This document shows, in pieces, positions 1 through 12,129 of a stretch of 64,000 bases of DNA. Numbering within the stretch: the stretch's first letter is position 1; every line of letters starts with the position of its first letter. Both the position numbers and the translations under genes were made by a program. Under the pieces are notes generated by a model. That model searched no databases and was not told where the DNA came from. It was given only the letters and a program-made list of their open reading frames with translations. Source of the stretch: Octopus vulgaris (taxonomy: Eukaryota); assembly GCA_951406725.2 (NCBI GenBank), contig OX597824.1:15562001-15626000 (forward strand). The letters are read 5' to 3'.

Positions 1-82
1 GAACCGCGATATGTGAACCACGATAGTGAACCGCGATAAGTGAACCGCTCTAGGTGAACCGCGATAAGACGAGGGATTACTG
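1..82. mobile_element. Right end of a pogo/Tigger-type DNA transposon or MITE (truncated by window start)
   Basis: Ends ...CGAGGGATTACTG then TA (83-84); reverse complement CAGTAATCCCTCG resembles Tigger/MER44-type TIRs; about 5 subterminal copies of GTGAACCGCGATA. Confidence 0.6.
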
Positions 83-273
83 TATATACCTTTTACTGAC
101 GTACAGACAAGCATATACACACACATATATACATACAGTGATACATGGCTAGCAACTCTGGACATTTAAATCCAGTTAAGTGTACTGATTAGGAATTATC
201 TCTTCACTCTTGCCAAGTCTTCGGAAAGGCCTACGCAAGTAGTTTTTTTCTTTTTTTCGTTTTTGTTTGGGAC

Positions 274-864
274 ATAGTTCCGGGTTCGGTCCCACTGTGT
301 GGTACATTGGGAAAGTATCTGCTACTATAGCTTCGGGCTGACTAAATCCTTGTGAGTGGATTTAGTAGACGGAAACAGAAAGGAGTCCGATGTATATACA
401 TGCCTACATACATACATACATACATACATACATACATACATGCATACAAACATATATACATACACACACAAACACACACACATATGTGTGTGTGTGAATG
501 TATTTGTCCCCTCCCCACTGCTTGGCAATCGGAGTTGGTGTGCTTACGTCCCTCCTAACTTAGCGGTTCGGCAATAGAGACCGATAAAATAAGTAGAAGG
601 CTTTAAATACATAAATCAAAAATTAGAACCCGGGTCGATTCGATCGGCTAAAAATTCCTGAACGTGGTGCTCTAGCAAGACCGTAAAAGATAAAAGATAG
701 GAGTGGTTTTGTGGTAAGTAGCTTGCTTACCAACTACATGGTTCCGGGTTCACCCCCACTGCGTGTCACCTTGGGCAAGTATCTTCTAATATAGCTTCGA
801 GCCGACCAAAGTCTTGTGAGCGGATTTGGTAGACAGAAACTGAAAGAAGCCCGTCGTATATATG

Positions 865-896
<32 letters not shown>

Positions 897-1310
897 TGTA
901 TGTATGTATGTATGTATGTATGTATGTATGTATGTATGTATGTATGTATGTATGTATGTATGTATGTATGTATGTATGTATGTGTGTGTATATGTTTGTG
1001 TGTCTGTATTTGTCCCCCCAACATCGCTTGACAACCGATAGTGGTGTGTTTACTTCCCCGTAACATAAGCCGTGGGAGTGTGGTTAAGGAGCACGATTTT
1101 CAACCACGTGGTTTCGGGTTCAGTCCTGCTGCGTAGTAATTTGTCACGTGTCTTCTAGTATAGTCCAAGGCTGACCAGTGCCTCGTGTACGGATGTAGTA
1201 GACGTAAACTGAGTAGAAGCTCGTCGTATAATGTGTGTATGAGTACGCACCTTCAACGCGATGCTCCAGCATGGCCCACGGTTCAATGACTGAAACAAGT
1301 AAAAGATAAA
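274..1310 (+). mobile_element. Three adjacent partial/degraded copies of tRNA-derived SINE family A (about 274-698, 699-1070, 1074-1310)
   Basis: Shared blocks GGTTCCGGGTTCA..CCACTGCGT, GATTTGGTAGACGGAAACTGAAAGAAG, internal (TATG)n, tail CTCCAGCATGGCC..ATGACTGAAACAAGTAAAAG, as in many other copies. Confidence 0.8.
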
Positions 1311-1534
1311 CGAATTACTTAAAAATCCGGTTGGTCGGATGCGAAAGCTGTTTTAGGAAAAATAGTACCGAAACCCTTCTTTATCTTGGGAGGCTCGCGT
1401 TAGAAGCCACGCACAGACGGCGTGTAACAGTTTGGCCACAGTAAACTCTATAGCTATGATGCCAAACCTATAATGCACGGGTGAATAAAGAGTACGGAAC
1501 AAAGTTTTCAAATCTTCAACACCAATGTCATAAC

Positions 1535-1592
<58 letters not shown>

Positions 1593-1978
1593 TAGATGAC
1601 GTCACTTATGCACTGGTGTAAATATTGCGTTCGACGTAACCGATACGTCTGATGTGATGTCTTGTAATAACTAAATGAAACAACTGACCCAAATACTTGA
1701 ACAAGCGTTACGTAACGACGCTGTTGCTGTTTGTTGTAGAAGTGAGGTGACTGTACGTAAATTCCAGCGCTGTAATCGATGTTATTGACATAAAAAAGCG
1801 GAAAAAATTACGTAACTGTTATGAATTTTGTAGTCAACGTTGCTGAAGCGAGGCCTGTATCCGAGGTGATTAACAAAAACTATACTGTTGCAGTTCTATA
1901 TTTAAGAGATGAGGAATTATGTACATTATTTACATTATTTACATTCGACGGATAGTTGTCCTCAACTTGTTTGTTGTT

Positions 1979-2026
1979 AACACAACGTTTCGGCTGATAT
2001 ACCCTCCAGCCTTCTTCAGGTATGTT
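1979..2026 (-). ncRNA. Minimal type-I hammerhead ribozyme motif
   Basis: Minus: aacatac CTGAAGA A GGCTG gagggtatat CAGCC GAAA C GTT gtgtt. Confidence 0.65.
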
Positions 2027-2085
2027 GGGGAAATTTCGAACCTGGGTTCTCATTACTAAGGTATTTTTCGATGTTGTTGTTATTA

Positions 2086-2117
<32 letters not shown>

Positions 2118-2151
2118 GTTGTTGTTGTTGTTGTTGTTGCTGCTGTTGTTA

Positions 2152-2231
2152 GTGTTCAGGTCACTGCTTGGAATCGAACTCGGTTTCCTGGGGTTAGTAG
2201 CCCGCGCTCTTAACCACTACGCCATATGCCC
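2152..2231 (-). pseudogene. tRNA-like Pol III head (A box TGGCGTAGTGG, B box GTTCGATTCC), not a canonical tRNA
   Basis: Minus: GGGCATATGGCGTAGTGGTTAAGAGCGCGGGCTACTAACCCCAGGAAACCGAGTTCGATTCCAAGCAGTGACC; acceptor stem does not pair well. Confidence 0.7.
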
Positions 2232-2250
2232 AGGTTCGAAATTTCCCCAA

Positions 2251-2297
2251 GATACCTGATGAAGGGCTGGAGGGTATATCAGCCGAAACGTTGTGTT
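2251..2297 (+). ncRNA. Minimal type-I hammerhead ribozyme motif
   Basis: GATAC CTGATGA AG GGCTG gagggtatat CAGCC GAAA C GTT GTGTT; stem I GATAC/GTGTT (2 G-U pairs), palindromic AACGTT stem III. Confidence 0.7.
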
Positions 2298-2776
2298 AAC
2301 AACAAGCAAGATGAGGACAAACATCCGCCAAATGTAAACCGCTAGGGATATTCTGTTGGGTGCCTGGGAAAGCTCCGCAGCTTTACCGAAGACCTTGAAC
2401 GCTGAACACCCGACGGGCTGGCGAGAGTATTAGGTTTTGAGTCATGGGTATGGCTCAATACAGAACTACTACCGTTGGTGTTCCACTGGCTCTAATGGAG
2501 GGCAGTCAACCCGTGTTCAACGTACACGACATAGTAGCTCCAGCTTGGTACCTCTTTAATGCCGTGACCAGATACACGCGCGCTCGCACGAAGAACCGAG
2601 AACTATAAGCAGTAAGAGGTTCGTGCGAAACGCACAATGCTTACCCATATATATATATGCAAGAAATAGTGACGCAATCTTCAAGACACCCCCATATATG
2701 TATACACACACACATACATATACACACACATACGAATATATATATCATCTCCCTGTCTGCCTATCTGCATATCTGC

Positions 2777-2845
<69 letters not shown>

Positions 2846-2849
2846 AATC

Positions 2850-2898
<49 letters not shown>

Positions 2899-2929
2899 GC
2901 ACACACAGAGGGAACGTGACCACGTGTGT

Positions 2930-3324
2930 ATCGTTGGCGATTTTCATTCTCCGTCTCCCCTTCCTTGGACATTTCCTTTTTCTATGTTTCTGACGAAGAG
3001 CTCCGCTTGAAAAGTTAAATCCTCCTTCTTTCTTTCCTTTCCTGAGCGTCCAATAACACTATACTTGTTCCACGTCCTCGTTGTTGTGTTTTCTCTTTGC
3101 GTTTTCATGTTTGGATTAACTGTTGAATCGCTAGCTTCTGCACGCATTTTTTTCTCTCCTTGTTTCTCTCCGTGTTTCTTTTCTGTGTATCTTTCTGTTG
3201 AAGAGCGTAGGCTCGAAACGTAAAAGATTTGTTTTATTTCTATTCCTGAGCGCCATACTAATACAATTGTTTGTTTGTACACCACCTGCCTTCGTCTTTT
3301 GTTTATTTTCATAAAGCTTCCCGT

Positions 3325-3325
<1 letters not shown>
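2930..3325 (+). mobile_element. Retrozyme/Penelope-pLTR-like element with two tandem hammerhead motifs
   Basis: Cores at 2990 (CTGACGA AGAGC TCC GCTT GAAA) and 3195 (CTGTTGA AGAGC GTAG GCTC GAAA CGTA), both followed by TTCCTGAGCG; ends at a (TA)n tract. Confidence 0.65.
3189..3228 (+). ncRNA. Minimal hammerhead motif, A6U core variant
   Basis: ATCTTT CTGTTGA A GAGC GTAG GCTC GAAA C GTA AAAGAT; perfect 6-bp stem I and 4-bp stem II. Confidence 0.6.
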
Positions 3326-3396
<71 letters not shown>

Positions 3397-3546
3397 GTGA
3401 AATAGAAAGATGAATAATCTTGTAGTAGATTAATCAAAAGTTTAACCGATACCTTAGTAGCAAAAATCACAGCAGTAAACAGCACGGTTGGAGGTACAAC
3501 CATATGGTGTTGCAACCGTGCGTTGGTGCGGATAATTGAAATTAAA

Positions 3547-3982
3547 ATATTATTGGTGAATTGAAGAAATGGAGCTGAACGCAGATTGAACAGAAATCGT
3601 TTTATTTCATTCTACACGTGTTTCGAAAGGCACAATTTACCAAAATCCGATTGAATAATGGGACCATATTGTGTCTTTCTCTTCAGGAAGAAAATTGGAA
3701 ATCCGTTGGAAAAAACAAAAACAGAACAGAGGCGGAGCAAAAACAAATCGAACTAGGCTCCTAAGAGCCCATGTTAGGAGCCTAGTTCGATTTGTTTTTG
3801 CTCCGCCTCTGTTCTGTTTTTGTTTTTTCCAACGGATTTCCAATTTTCTTCCTGAAGAGAAAGACACAATATGGTCCCATTATTCAATCGGATTTTGGTA
3901 AATTGTGCCTTTCGAAACACGTGTAGAATGAAATAAAACGATTTCTGTTCAATCTGCGTTCAGCTCCATTTCTTCAATTCAC

Positions 3983-3991
<9 letters not shown>
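3547..3991. repeat. Perfect inverted repeat, 218-bp arms, 9-nt loop (fold-back element)
   Basis: 3547-3764 is the reverse complement of 3774-3991; loop GAGCCCATG; explains mirror ORFs 3637-3867(-) and 3671-3901(+). Confidence 0.95.
3843..3934 (+). ncRNA. Type-I hammerhead motif with long stem II (mirror copy on minus strand 3604-3695)
   Basis: ATTTTCTTC CTGAAGA GAAAGACACAAT-31 nt-ATTGTGCCTTTC GAAA C ACGT GTA GAATGAAAT. Confidence 0.7.
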
Positions 3992-4074
<83 letters not shown>

Positions 4075-4082
4075 CATATATA

Positions 4083-5465
<1,383 letters not shown>

Positions 5466-5490
5466 AGGATGAAAAGGAACACACAAGTTG

Positions 5491-5844
5491 ATATATATGA
5501 AAAAATAAGTCAAAATAGAAAATGCTAAAACTAATTTTATAAAGAACATTTCAGTACCGGTTTCAGTCATTTTGAGACCTTTTCAACTGTGACGATAAAA
5601 TAATTAAATTTAGAAAAATTAAAAGAAATGTTTTTTTAAAGGAATATTTGTATGGTGTCCAAATATAAGTGGCATTTTCCTTGTTTCTGCCTTGCTCCGT
5701 CTCTCTTGTTCAATTTTTCTAAATTTAATTATTTAATCGTTACAGTTGAAAAGGTCTCAAACCGGTACTGAAACCGGTACTGAAATGTTCTTTATAAAAT
5801 TATTTTAGCATTTTCTATTTTGACTTATTTTTTCATATATATAT
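5491..5844. repeat. Fold-back element, arms of about 130 bp (5491-5620 / 5712-5844), with a hammerhead-like motif
   Basis: Arms complementary except for a duplication of AAACCGGTACTG in the right arm; minus 5552-5589 reads CAG TTGAAAA GGTC tcaaaat GACT GAAA C CG GTA CTG. Confidence 0.85.
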
Positions 5845-5999
5845 ATATATATACATGCACGGGTGGAGGGAGAGAGATAGACAGAGAGAGGCAAAAACGT
5901 GTGTGTGTATTACTGTTTTTATACATACATCAGTTTACTCTACTGGTTGAAAAAGAGTTAGTAATGTGTAACGTATATGAGGCATGTGTGTATGTATCC

Positions 6000-6043
<44 letters not shown>

Positions 6044-6359
6044 ACGCACTTATACATACATATGCATCAGATCGACACCGATAGGTACAATTTTGATTAG
6101 AGTTACAGCTGGTGTCCTAGTAATGTTACACTTTAGTAACTTCCCAGTGAAGTATTCCTTCTGTTTTTCCCAGACGATGTTACTTGTTTTAAACTTGGCG
6201 AGGTTTTCACATATCGACATAACATTCAGAAATACTAAATCCTTATTTGTATTGCTTTAAATCGATCATTTTTCTATTTGTTCACTCTTTATTCCTCCCC
6301 ACATATATACATACACACACACACACAAACACAGACACACACACACACACACACACACA

Positions 6360-6412
<53 letters not shown>

Positions 6413-6422
6413 GTGTGTGAAA

Positions 6423-6584
6423 TAATATGTGACAATTATTCGGTAGCCAAGATAAAACTCCGAGTATCTGATGCCGAAGTGGAAATCCACGGCCGGATAA
6501 CTGAAGAGATGGTGGCGTGGACTTCCACCTCGGCATCCGAAACTCGGAGTTTTATCTTGGCTACCGAATAATTGTCACATATTA
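6423..6584. repeat. Fold-back element, 69-bp arms, 24-nt spacer; hammerhead motif on + strand 6496-6556
   Basis: 6423-6491 pairs with 6516-6584; GATAA CTGAAGA GATG...CATCC GAAA CTCGGA GTT TTATC. Confidence 0.85.
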
Positions 6585-6679
6585 CATTTACAGATAAATT
6601 TCTCTATTTACATAATATCGAAGTCTCTTTCTTTCTTTTGTTATCTTACCGTTTTTTATTAATATTTCTCTTTCTCTTT

Positions 6680-7093
6680 CTCTTTTACTTGTTTCAGTCA
6701 TTTGACTGCGGCCATGCTGGAGCACAGCCTTTAGTCGAGCAAATCGACCCCGGAACTTATTCTTTGTAAGCCCAGTACTTATTCTATCGGTCTCTTTTGC
6801 CGAACCGCTAAGTGACGGGGACGTAAACACACCAGCATCGGTTGTCAAGCAATGCTAGGGGGACAAACACAGACACACAAACATATACACACGCACACAC
6901 ACACATACACATACATATATATACATATATACGACAGGCTTCTTTCAGTTTCCGTCTACCAAATCCACTCACAAAGCATTGGTCGGCCCGGAGCTATAGC
7001 AGAAGACACTTGCCCAAGATGCCACGCAGTGGACTGAACCCGGAACCATGTGGTTGGTTAGCAAGCTACTTACCACACAGCCACTCCTGCGCC
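6680..7093 (-). mobile_element. SINE family A, near full length
   Basis: Minus: GGCGCAGGAGTGGCTGTGTGGTAAG head with A/B boxes, central microsatellite, tail ...ATGACTGAAACAAGTAAAAGAG. Confidence 0.9.
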
Positions 7094-7123
7094 TATATAC
7101 ATATATATATATATTCTATTATT

Positions 7124-7561
7124 CTTTTACTCTTTTACTTGTTTCGGTCATTTAACTGAGGCCAGGTTGGAGCACCGCCGTTAGTCGAACAAATCGACCC
7201 CAGCACTTATTCTTTGTAGACCTGGTACTTATTCTATCAGTCTATTTATCCGAACCGCTAAGTAACGGGGGAGTAAACACACCGACATCGGTTGTCATGC
7301 GATGGTGGGGTGGGGGGACAAACCCAGAGATACAAACGCACACACACACACACATACACACACACACACATACACACACACACAGATATATATATATATA
7401 TATACGACGGGATTCTTTCAGTTTCTGTCTACCAGATGCACTCAAAAAGCTTTGGTCGACCCGAAGCTATAGTAGAGGACACTTGCCCAAGGTGCCATGC
7501 AGTGGGACTGAACCCAGAACCATGTGGTTTGGAAGCAACCTACTTTCCACACAGCCACTCC
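7124..7561 (-). mobile_element. SINE family A
   Basis: Same blocks as 6680-7093, more diverged. Confidence 0.85.
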
Positions 7562-7588
7562 GGTATGTATACGTATATGTATATATGC

Positions 7589-7628
<40 letters not shown>

Positions 7629-7697
7629 ACATGGATAGAGAGACAGATACGTAGATATATGCGCTCTTACGCACACATACACACACAGACACACACG

Positions 7698-7730
<33 letters not shown>

Positions 7731-8450
7731 GCGAAAAAGGCGACTGCGCTCGCAAGCACAAATGCCCGCATACATACATATATATAGAGAGAGATGAGAA
7801 AAACTGATTTACGCTATTAAAGAACCAATGAACATGCTTCACGCTGGTGTAAAGTGACATATTTTAATATCTGTACTTCCTGGTGCAATTTTGATGTGTA
7901 TCAAAATTATAATAATTATAATAGGTTCCATAATTTAATTCTAAGTATCGAACTCTCTCCGCTGTGACAATAAACGGTGATATAATTTTTTCCCCTCTGC
8001 TTTTTTCCCCTCTGCATTTTTCCCCTCTTTATTACAAATATTTTGCAAAAGGATATTTTAGCCGAAATAGCATGGCCAAATATTTCTAATGCAACACTTC
8101 TCTAAGTTTTCTATTGATATTTTTTAATATTTAGTTTACGATCTTCATTGAATGAATAATAAAATAATGTGTTCTAAAAGGCCGAAACATGTTCATAATA
8201 GTCTCCCTTGTAGGCAAACAAATATCAGGCTTTCTTCGTTTAAGAATATGATTTATTTGGAAATATGTGTTATCTCCCCATTTCTTTAAAAGCCGTTAAC
8301 AGTTGCCATTTGTATCATTTTTTTTCTTCTCTCTCTATTTAAGAGGGAATTTTTAATGAAGAAATTAATGCGTGACATTTTAACTTAATCATGTTAATCA
8401 AATTTTCTCGACACCATTTTCTTTCAGATTATGGCTCCACATTTCCAGCG

Positions 8451-8513
<63 letters not shown>

Positions 8514-8541
8514 TGTGTGTCATATCTTACGCTGTAGTACG

Positions 8542-8593
<52 letters not shown>

Positions 8594-8629
8594 AATATAT
8601 ATACATATATTCATATACATATATATGTA

Positions 8630-8750
<121 letters not shown>

Positions 8751-8819
8751 ATATGTATATGTGTGCGTGTGTATATGTATATGTAATACATTAAATCTAC
8801 ACATACGTACACACACACA

Positions 8820-8853
<34 letters not shown>

Positions 8854-8857
8854 TCAT

Positions 8858-9580
8858 AGAACAAACAACAAATTCGAGTCAACGACTTTATATATAACAC
8901 CATATCCCCAAACATTTGATCATATATAAATATTACCATGGTTCTTAAACTCATAAAAATATACATATACAAAAAGACACACAAGATAAAAATATATATG
9001 CAAATAAAAGTACAAATATATAGAACGGTCTAAACATTTTTTTACTCCCCTCACACAAAAGAGTACGTCCAAAAAATTCAATTCATAAAACCATGGCAGG
9101 TTAGAGTTCCAGGAGCAAAATGCGTTCCACAAAATCAAGTGAAACTCACCTGCGGCCATTTCGGGAGTTCATTGCCGCGCTTCGATTACAGTTAAAGTGC
9201 ATCTCGGCAATGACCTCCGCATCAGGATGGACAAACAGGAAACTCAAACAATGGTTTTATGAATTGAACTTTTGGGACGTACTCTTTTGTATGAGAGGAG
9301 TAAAAAAAAAAAAATGCTTTTCGATTGATATTTTATTTTATTTAGCTTTTTAGTAGCATGATACCATTTTGAATTTTTAGTCGATTATATTTATATTTTT
9401 GATAGACCGTTCTATATATTTGTATTTTTATTTGCATATATATCTTTTACTTTCTGTGTTTTTTTTATATATGTATTCTTTTTATATGTTGAGGAAACAT
9501 GGTAATATTTATATATGATCAAATGTATGGAAGTGTGGTGCTATATATATAGTCATTGACTCGAATTTGATGTTTGTTCT
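8858..9580. repeat. Diverged fold-back element (arms 8858-9094 / 9251-9580) with a degenerate hammerhead in the spacer
   Basis: AGAACAAAC..AATTCGAGTCAA vs TTGACTCGAATT..GTTTGTTCT; GAGTACGTCC vs GGACGTACTC; extra ~85 bp in right arm. Confidence 0.8.
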
Positions 9581-9700
9581 CCACTCAATTTTTTTTTTGA
9601 TCTCTGTCTCAATTTCATTTAAGCACTTCTTTTTTGCAGTCCTATAAACACTTTTTTTTCCATAAACAGAGACAAAAATTATTTCTTGTCGTATAATACA

Positions 9701-9755
<55 letters not shown>

Positions 9756-9756
9756 C

Positions 9757-9990
9757 TTAAGCCTAGTACTTATTCTATTGGTCTGTTTTGTCGAACCGCG
9801 AAGTAACGGGGATGTAAATACACCACACCGGTTGTCAAGAGGTGATGGGGGAACAAACACAGATGCAAAGACACACACACATATATATATATACATATGC
9901 ATATACGATGCGCTTCTTTCAGTTTCCGTCTACAAATCCGCTCACAATGTTTTAGAAGAAGATACTTGACCAAGGTGTCACTGTGGTCCC
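9757..9990 (-). mobile_element. SINE family A fragment
   Basis: GTACTTATTCTATTGGTC..GAACCGC, CTTCTTTCAGTTTCCGTCTAC blocks. Confidence 0.75.
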
Positions 9991-10250
9991 TCATGCTAAA
10001 AAAAAAAAAAGAAGAAACATCCAATTATAATTTCATAATTAAATATTATTGGAAATTGTATAAAAGAAAAGTTGTTAAAATATTCTGTATAATGCAGAAG
10101 AACAAACCAATTTATTGCCCATAAATTTTAACACCAAAATCTTGTATGAATTTTCAAGGTTCATATGAACCCACCCCTAACAAACGTTTGATTCTTCACT
10201 ACATTTCGCTATAGTAAGCTACACTACAATATGATACATTATCCCGATAA

Positions 10251-10414
10251 CTTCTACATAATAAACTTCCAAACACTTCTACATAATAAACTTCCAAACA
10301 CTTCTACATAATACACTGCCAAACACTTCTACATAATACACTGCCAAACACTTCTACATGATACACTGCTAAACACTTCTTCATAATACACTGCCAAACA
10401 CTTCTACATAATAC
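10251..10414. repeat. 25-bp minisatellite, about 6.5 copies
   Basis: Unit CTTCTACATAATA(A/C)ACT(T/G)CCAAACA at 10251, 10276, 10301, 10326, 10351, 10376, 10401. Confidence 0.9.
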
Positions 10415-10519
10415 TGTGCTACACTCATATGCACATCTTCGCTCGGTATGCTACACTTCAACACCACGCTATTCTGCGCTACAATACTCTATGCTACACA
10501 GTCACGTGGTTTGCAATTT

Positions 10520-11290
10520 CAAGGGGAGGGGCAAGTTGATACATCGACTCCAATGGCTAAAAGGATAAAAGGCAAAGTTGACCTCGGTGGAATTTGAACT
10601 CTGAGTGTAATGAGCCGGAAGAAATACCGCTTGGCAGTTTGTCCGACGCGCTAACGCTTCTTATTTCTTTATTGCCCACAAGGGGCTAAACATAGAGATG
10701 AGAAACAAGGACAGACAAACGGATTAAGTCGATTACGTCGACCCAGTGCATAACTGGTACTTAGTTTATCGACCCCGAAAGGATGAAAGGCAAAGTCGAC
10801 CTCGGCGGGATTTGAACTCTGAGTGTAATGAGTCAGAAAAAGTACCGCTTGGCAGTTTGTCCGACGCGCTAAGGTTTCTGAGAGTTCGTCACCTTAATCC
10901 TTTTGATCACAGGCATAAGTCAGGAAATTTTGTGGGTGCGAGCTAGTCTTCGACCCCAGTGCTCAACTGGCTTTTGGTCCCTCGACCCCAAAAGAATGAA
11001 AGGCAAGGTCGAACGTCTAAAGACGGACGAAATACCGCTCAGCATTTCGTCCGACGTGCTAACAATTCTGCTATCTCACCGCCTTAAAGTAACTATATAA
11101 TTCTCTTTGTCATAAGCGGAAGGGAACTATCGATTACATCGATCCCAGTGCTTAACTGGCATTTATTTCATTGACTCTGAAAGGATGAAATGCAAAGTCG
11201 GCCTCGGCGGAACTTGAACTCGTAACGTAAAGGCAAAATGCCGCTAAGCATTTGGTCCAGCACGCTAACCATTCTGCCAGCTCGCCGCTT
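10520..11290 (-). mobile_element. Cluster of about four SINE family C copies
   Basis: Repeated GACCCCGAAAGGATGAAAGGCAAAGTCGACCTCGGCGGAATTTGAACTC and GCTAAC..CTGCCAGCTCGCCGC. Confidence 0.85.
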
Positions 11291-11334
11291 TAAAGTAACT
11301 GTGTAATGAAATGTATAATAGTGTATATAAATTA

Positions 11335-11840
11335 TGGATGGAAGCACTCCGTCGGTTACGACGACGAGGGTTCCGGTTGATCCGAATCAACGGAACAGCC
11401 TGCTCGTGAAATTAACGTGTAAGTGGCTGAGCACTCCACAGACACGTGCACCCTTAACGTAGTTCTCGGGGATATTCAGCGTGACACAGAGCGTGACAAG
11501 GCCGGCCCCTTGAAATACAGGTACAACAGAAACAGGAAGTAAGAGTGAGAGAAAGTTGTGGTGAAAGAGTACATCAGGGATCACCACCATCCCCTGCCGG
11601 AGCCTCGTGGAGCTTTTTAGGTGTTTTCGCTCAATAAACACTCACAACGCCCGGTCTGGGAATCGAAACCGCGATCCTATGACTGCGAGTCCGCTGCCCT
11701 AACCACTGGGCCATTGCGCCTCGTGGAGCTTTTAGGTGTTTTCGCTCAATAAACACTCACAACGCCCGGTCTGGGAATCGAAACCGCGATCATATGACCG
11801 CGAGTCCGCTGCCCTAACCACTGGGCCATTGCGCCTCCAC
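11335..11840 (-). mobile_element. tRNA-derived SINE family B with tandemly duplicated head
   Basis: Minus head GGAGGCGCAATGGCCCAGTGGTTAGGGCAGCGGACTC..GGTTTCGATTCCC present twice; body CTGTGGAGTGCTCAGCCAC, tail GAACCCTCGTCGTCGTAACCGACGGAGTGC. Confidence 0.85.
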
Positions 11841-12079
11841 ATATAAATTATATTGTAGCAGTAACTATGTAGAATGAAAATTAGTTTACCACAAAAGTTG
11901 TCATCTGTGTACAGGCTGGTTGGCATTCTCTGTATGTTACATGTCCATTATGTGTAGGTAGGTGCGTGGTTATGTAGATGTATGGGAGGCTATCTGGACG
12001 TGTGGATATGTGTGTATGTATGTTTGTAGGTCTCTCTCTCTCTCTCTCTCTCTCTCGCTTTCTCTCTCGCTCTGTCAAT

Positions 12080-12129
<50 letters not shown>

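Larger units (their letters stand above)
1885..2338 (-). mobile_element. tRNA-headed element with hammerhead-bearing tail, plus an inverted partial copy of the tail
   Basis: Minus strand: tRNA-like head 2231-2152, (AAC)n(AAT)n, tail with CTGAAGA..GAAAC; 1938-2046 is repeated inverted at 2229-2338. Confidence 0.75.

Noticed and set aside
2152-2231. Possible functional tRNA gene
   Set aside because: Acceptor and anticodon stems pair poorly; treated as a SINE-type head
3637-3901. Two near-identical 76-aa ORFs on opposite strands
   Set aside because: Automatic consequence of the palindrome; non-ATG starts, no domain
10251-10414. Regularly spaced 25-bp repeats resembling a CRISPR array
   Set aside because: Units are contiguous with no unique spacers, eukaryotic context; minisatellite
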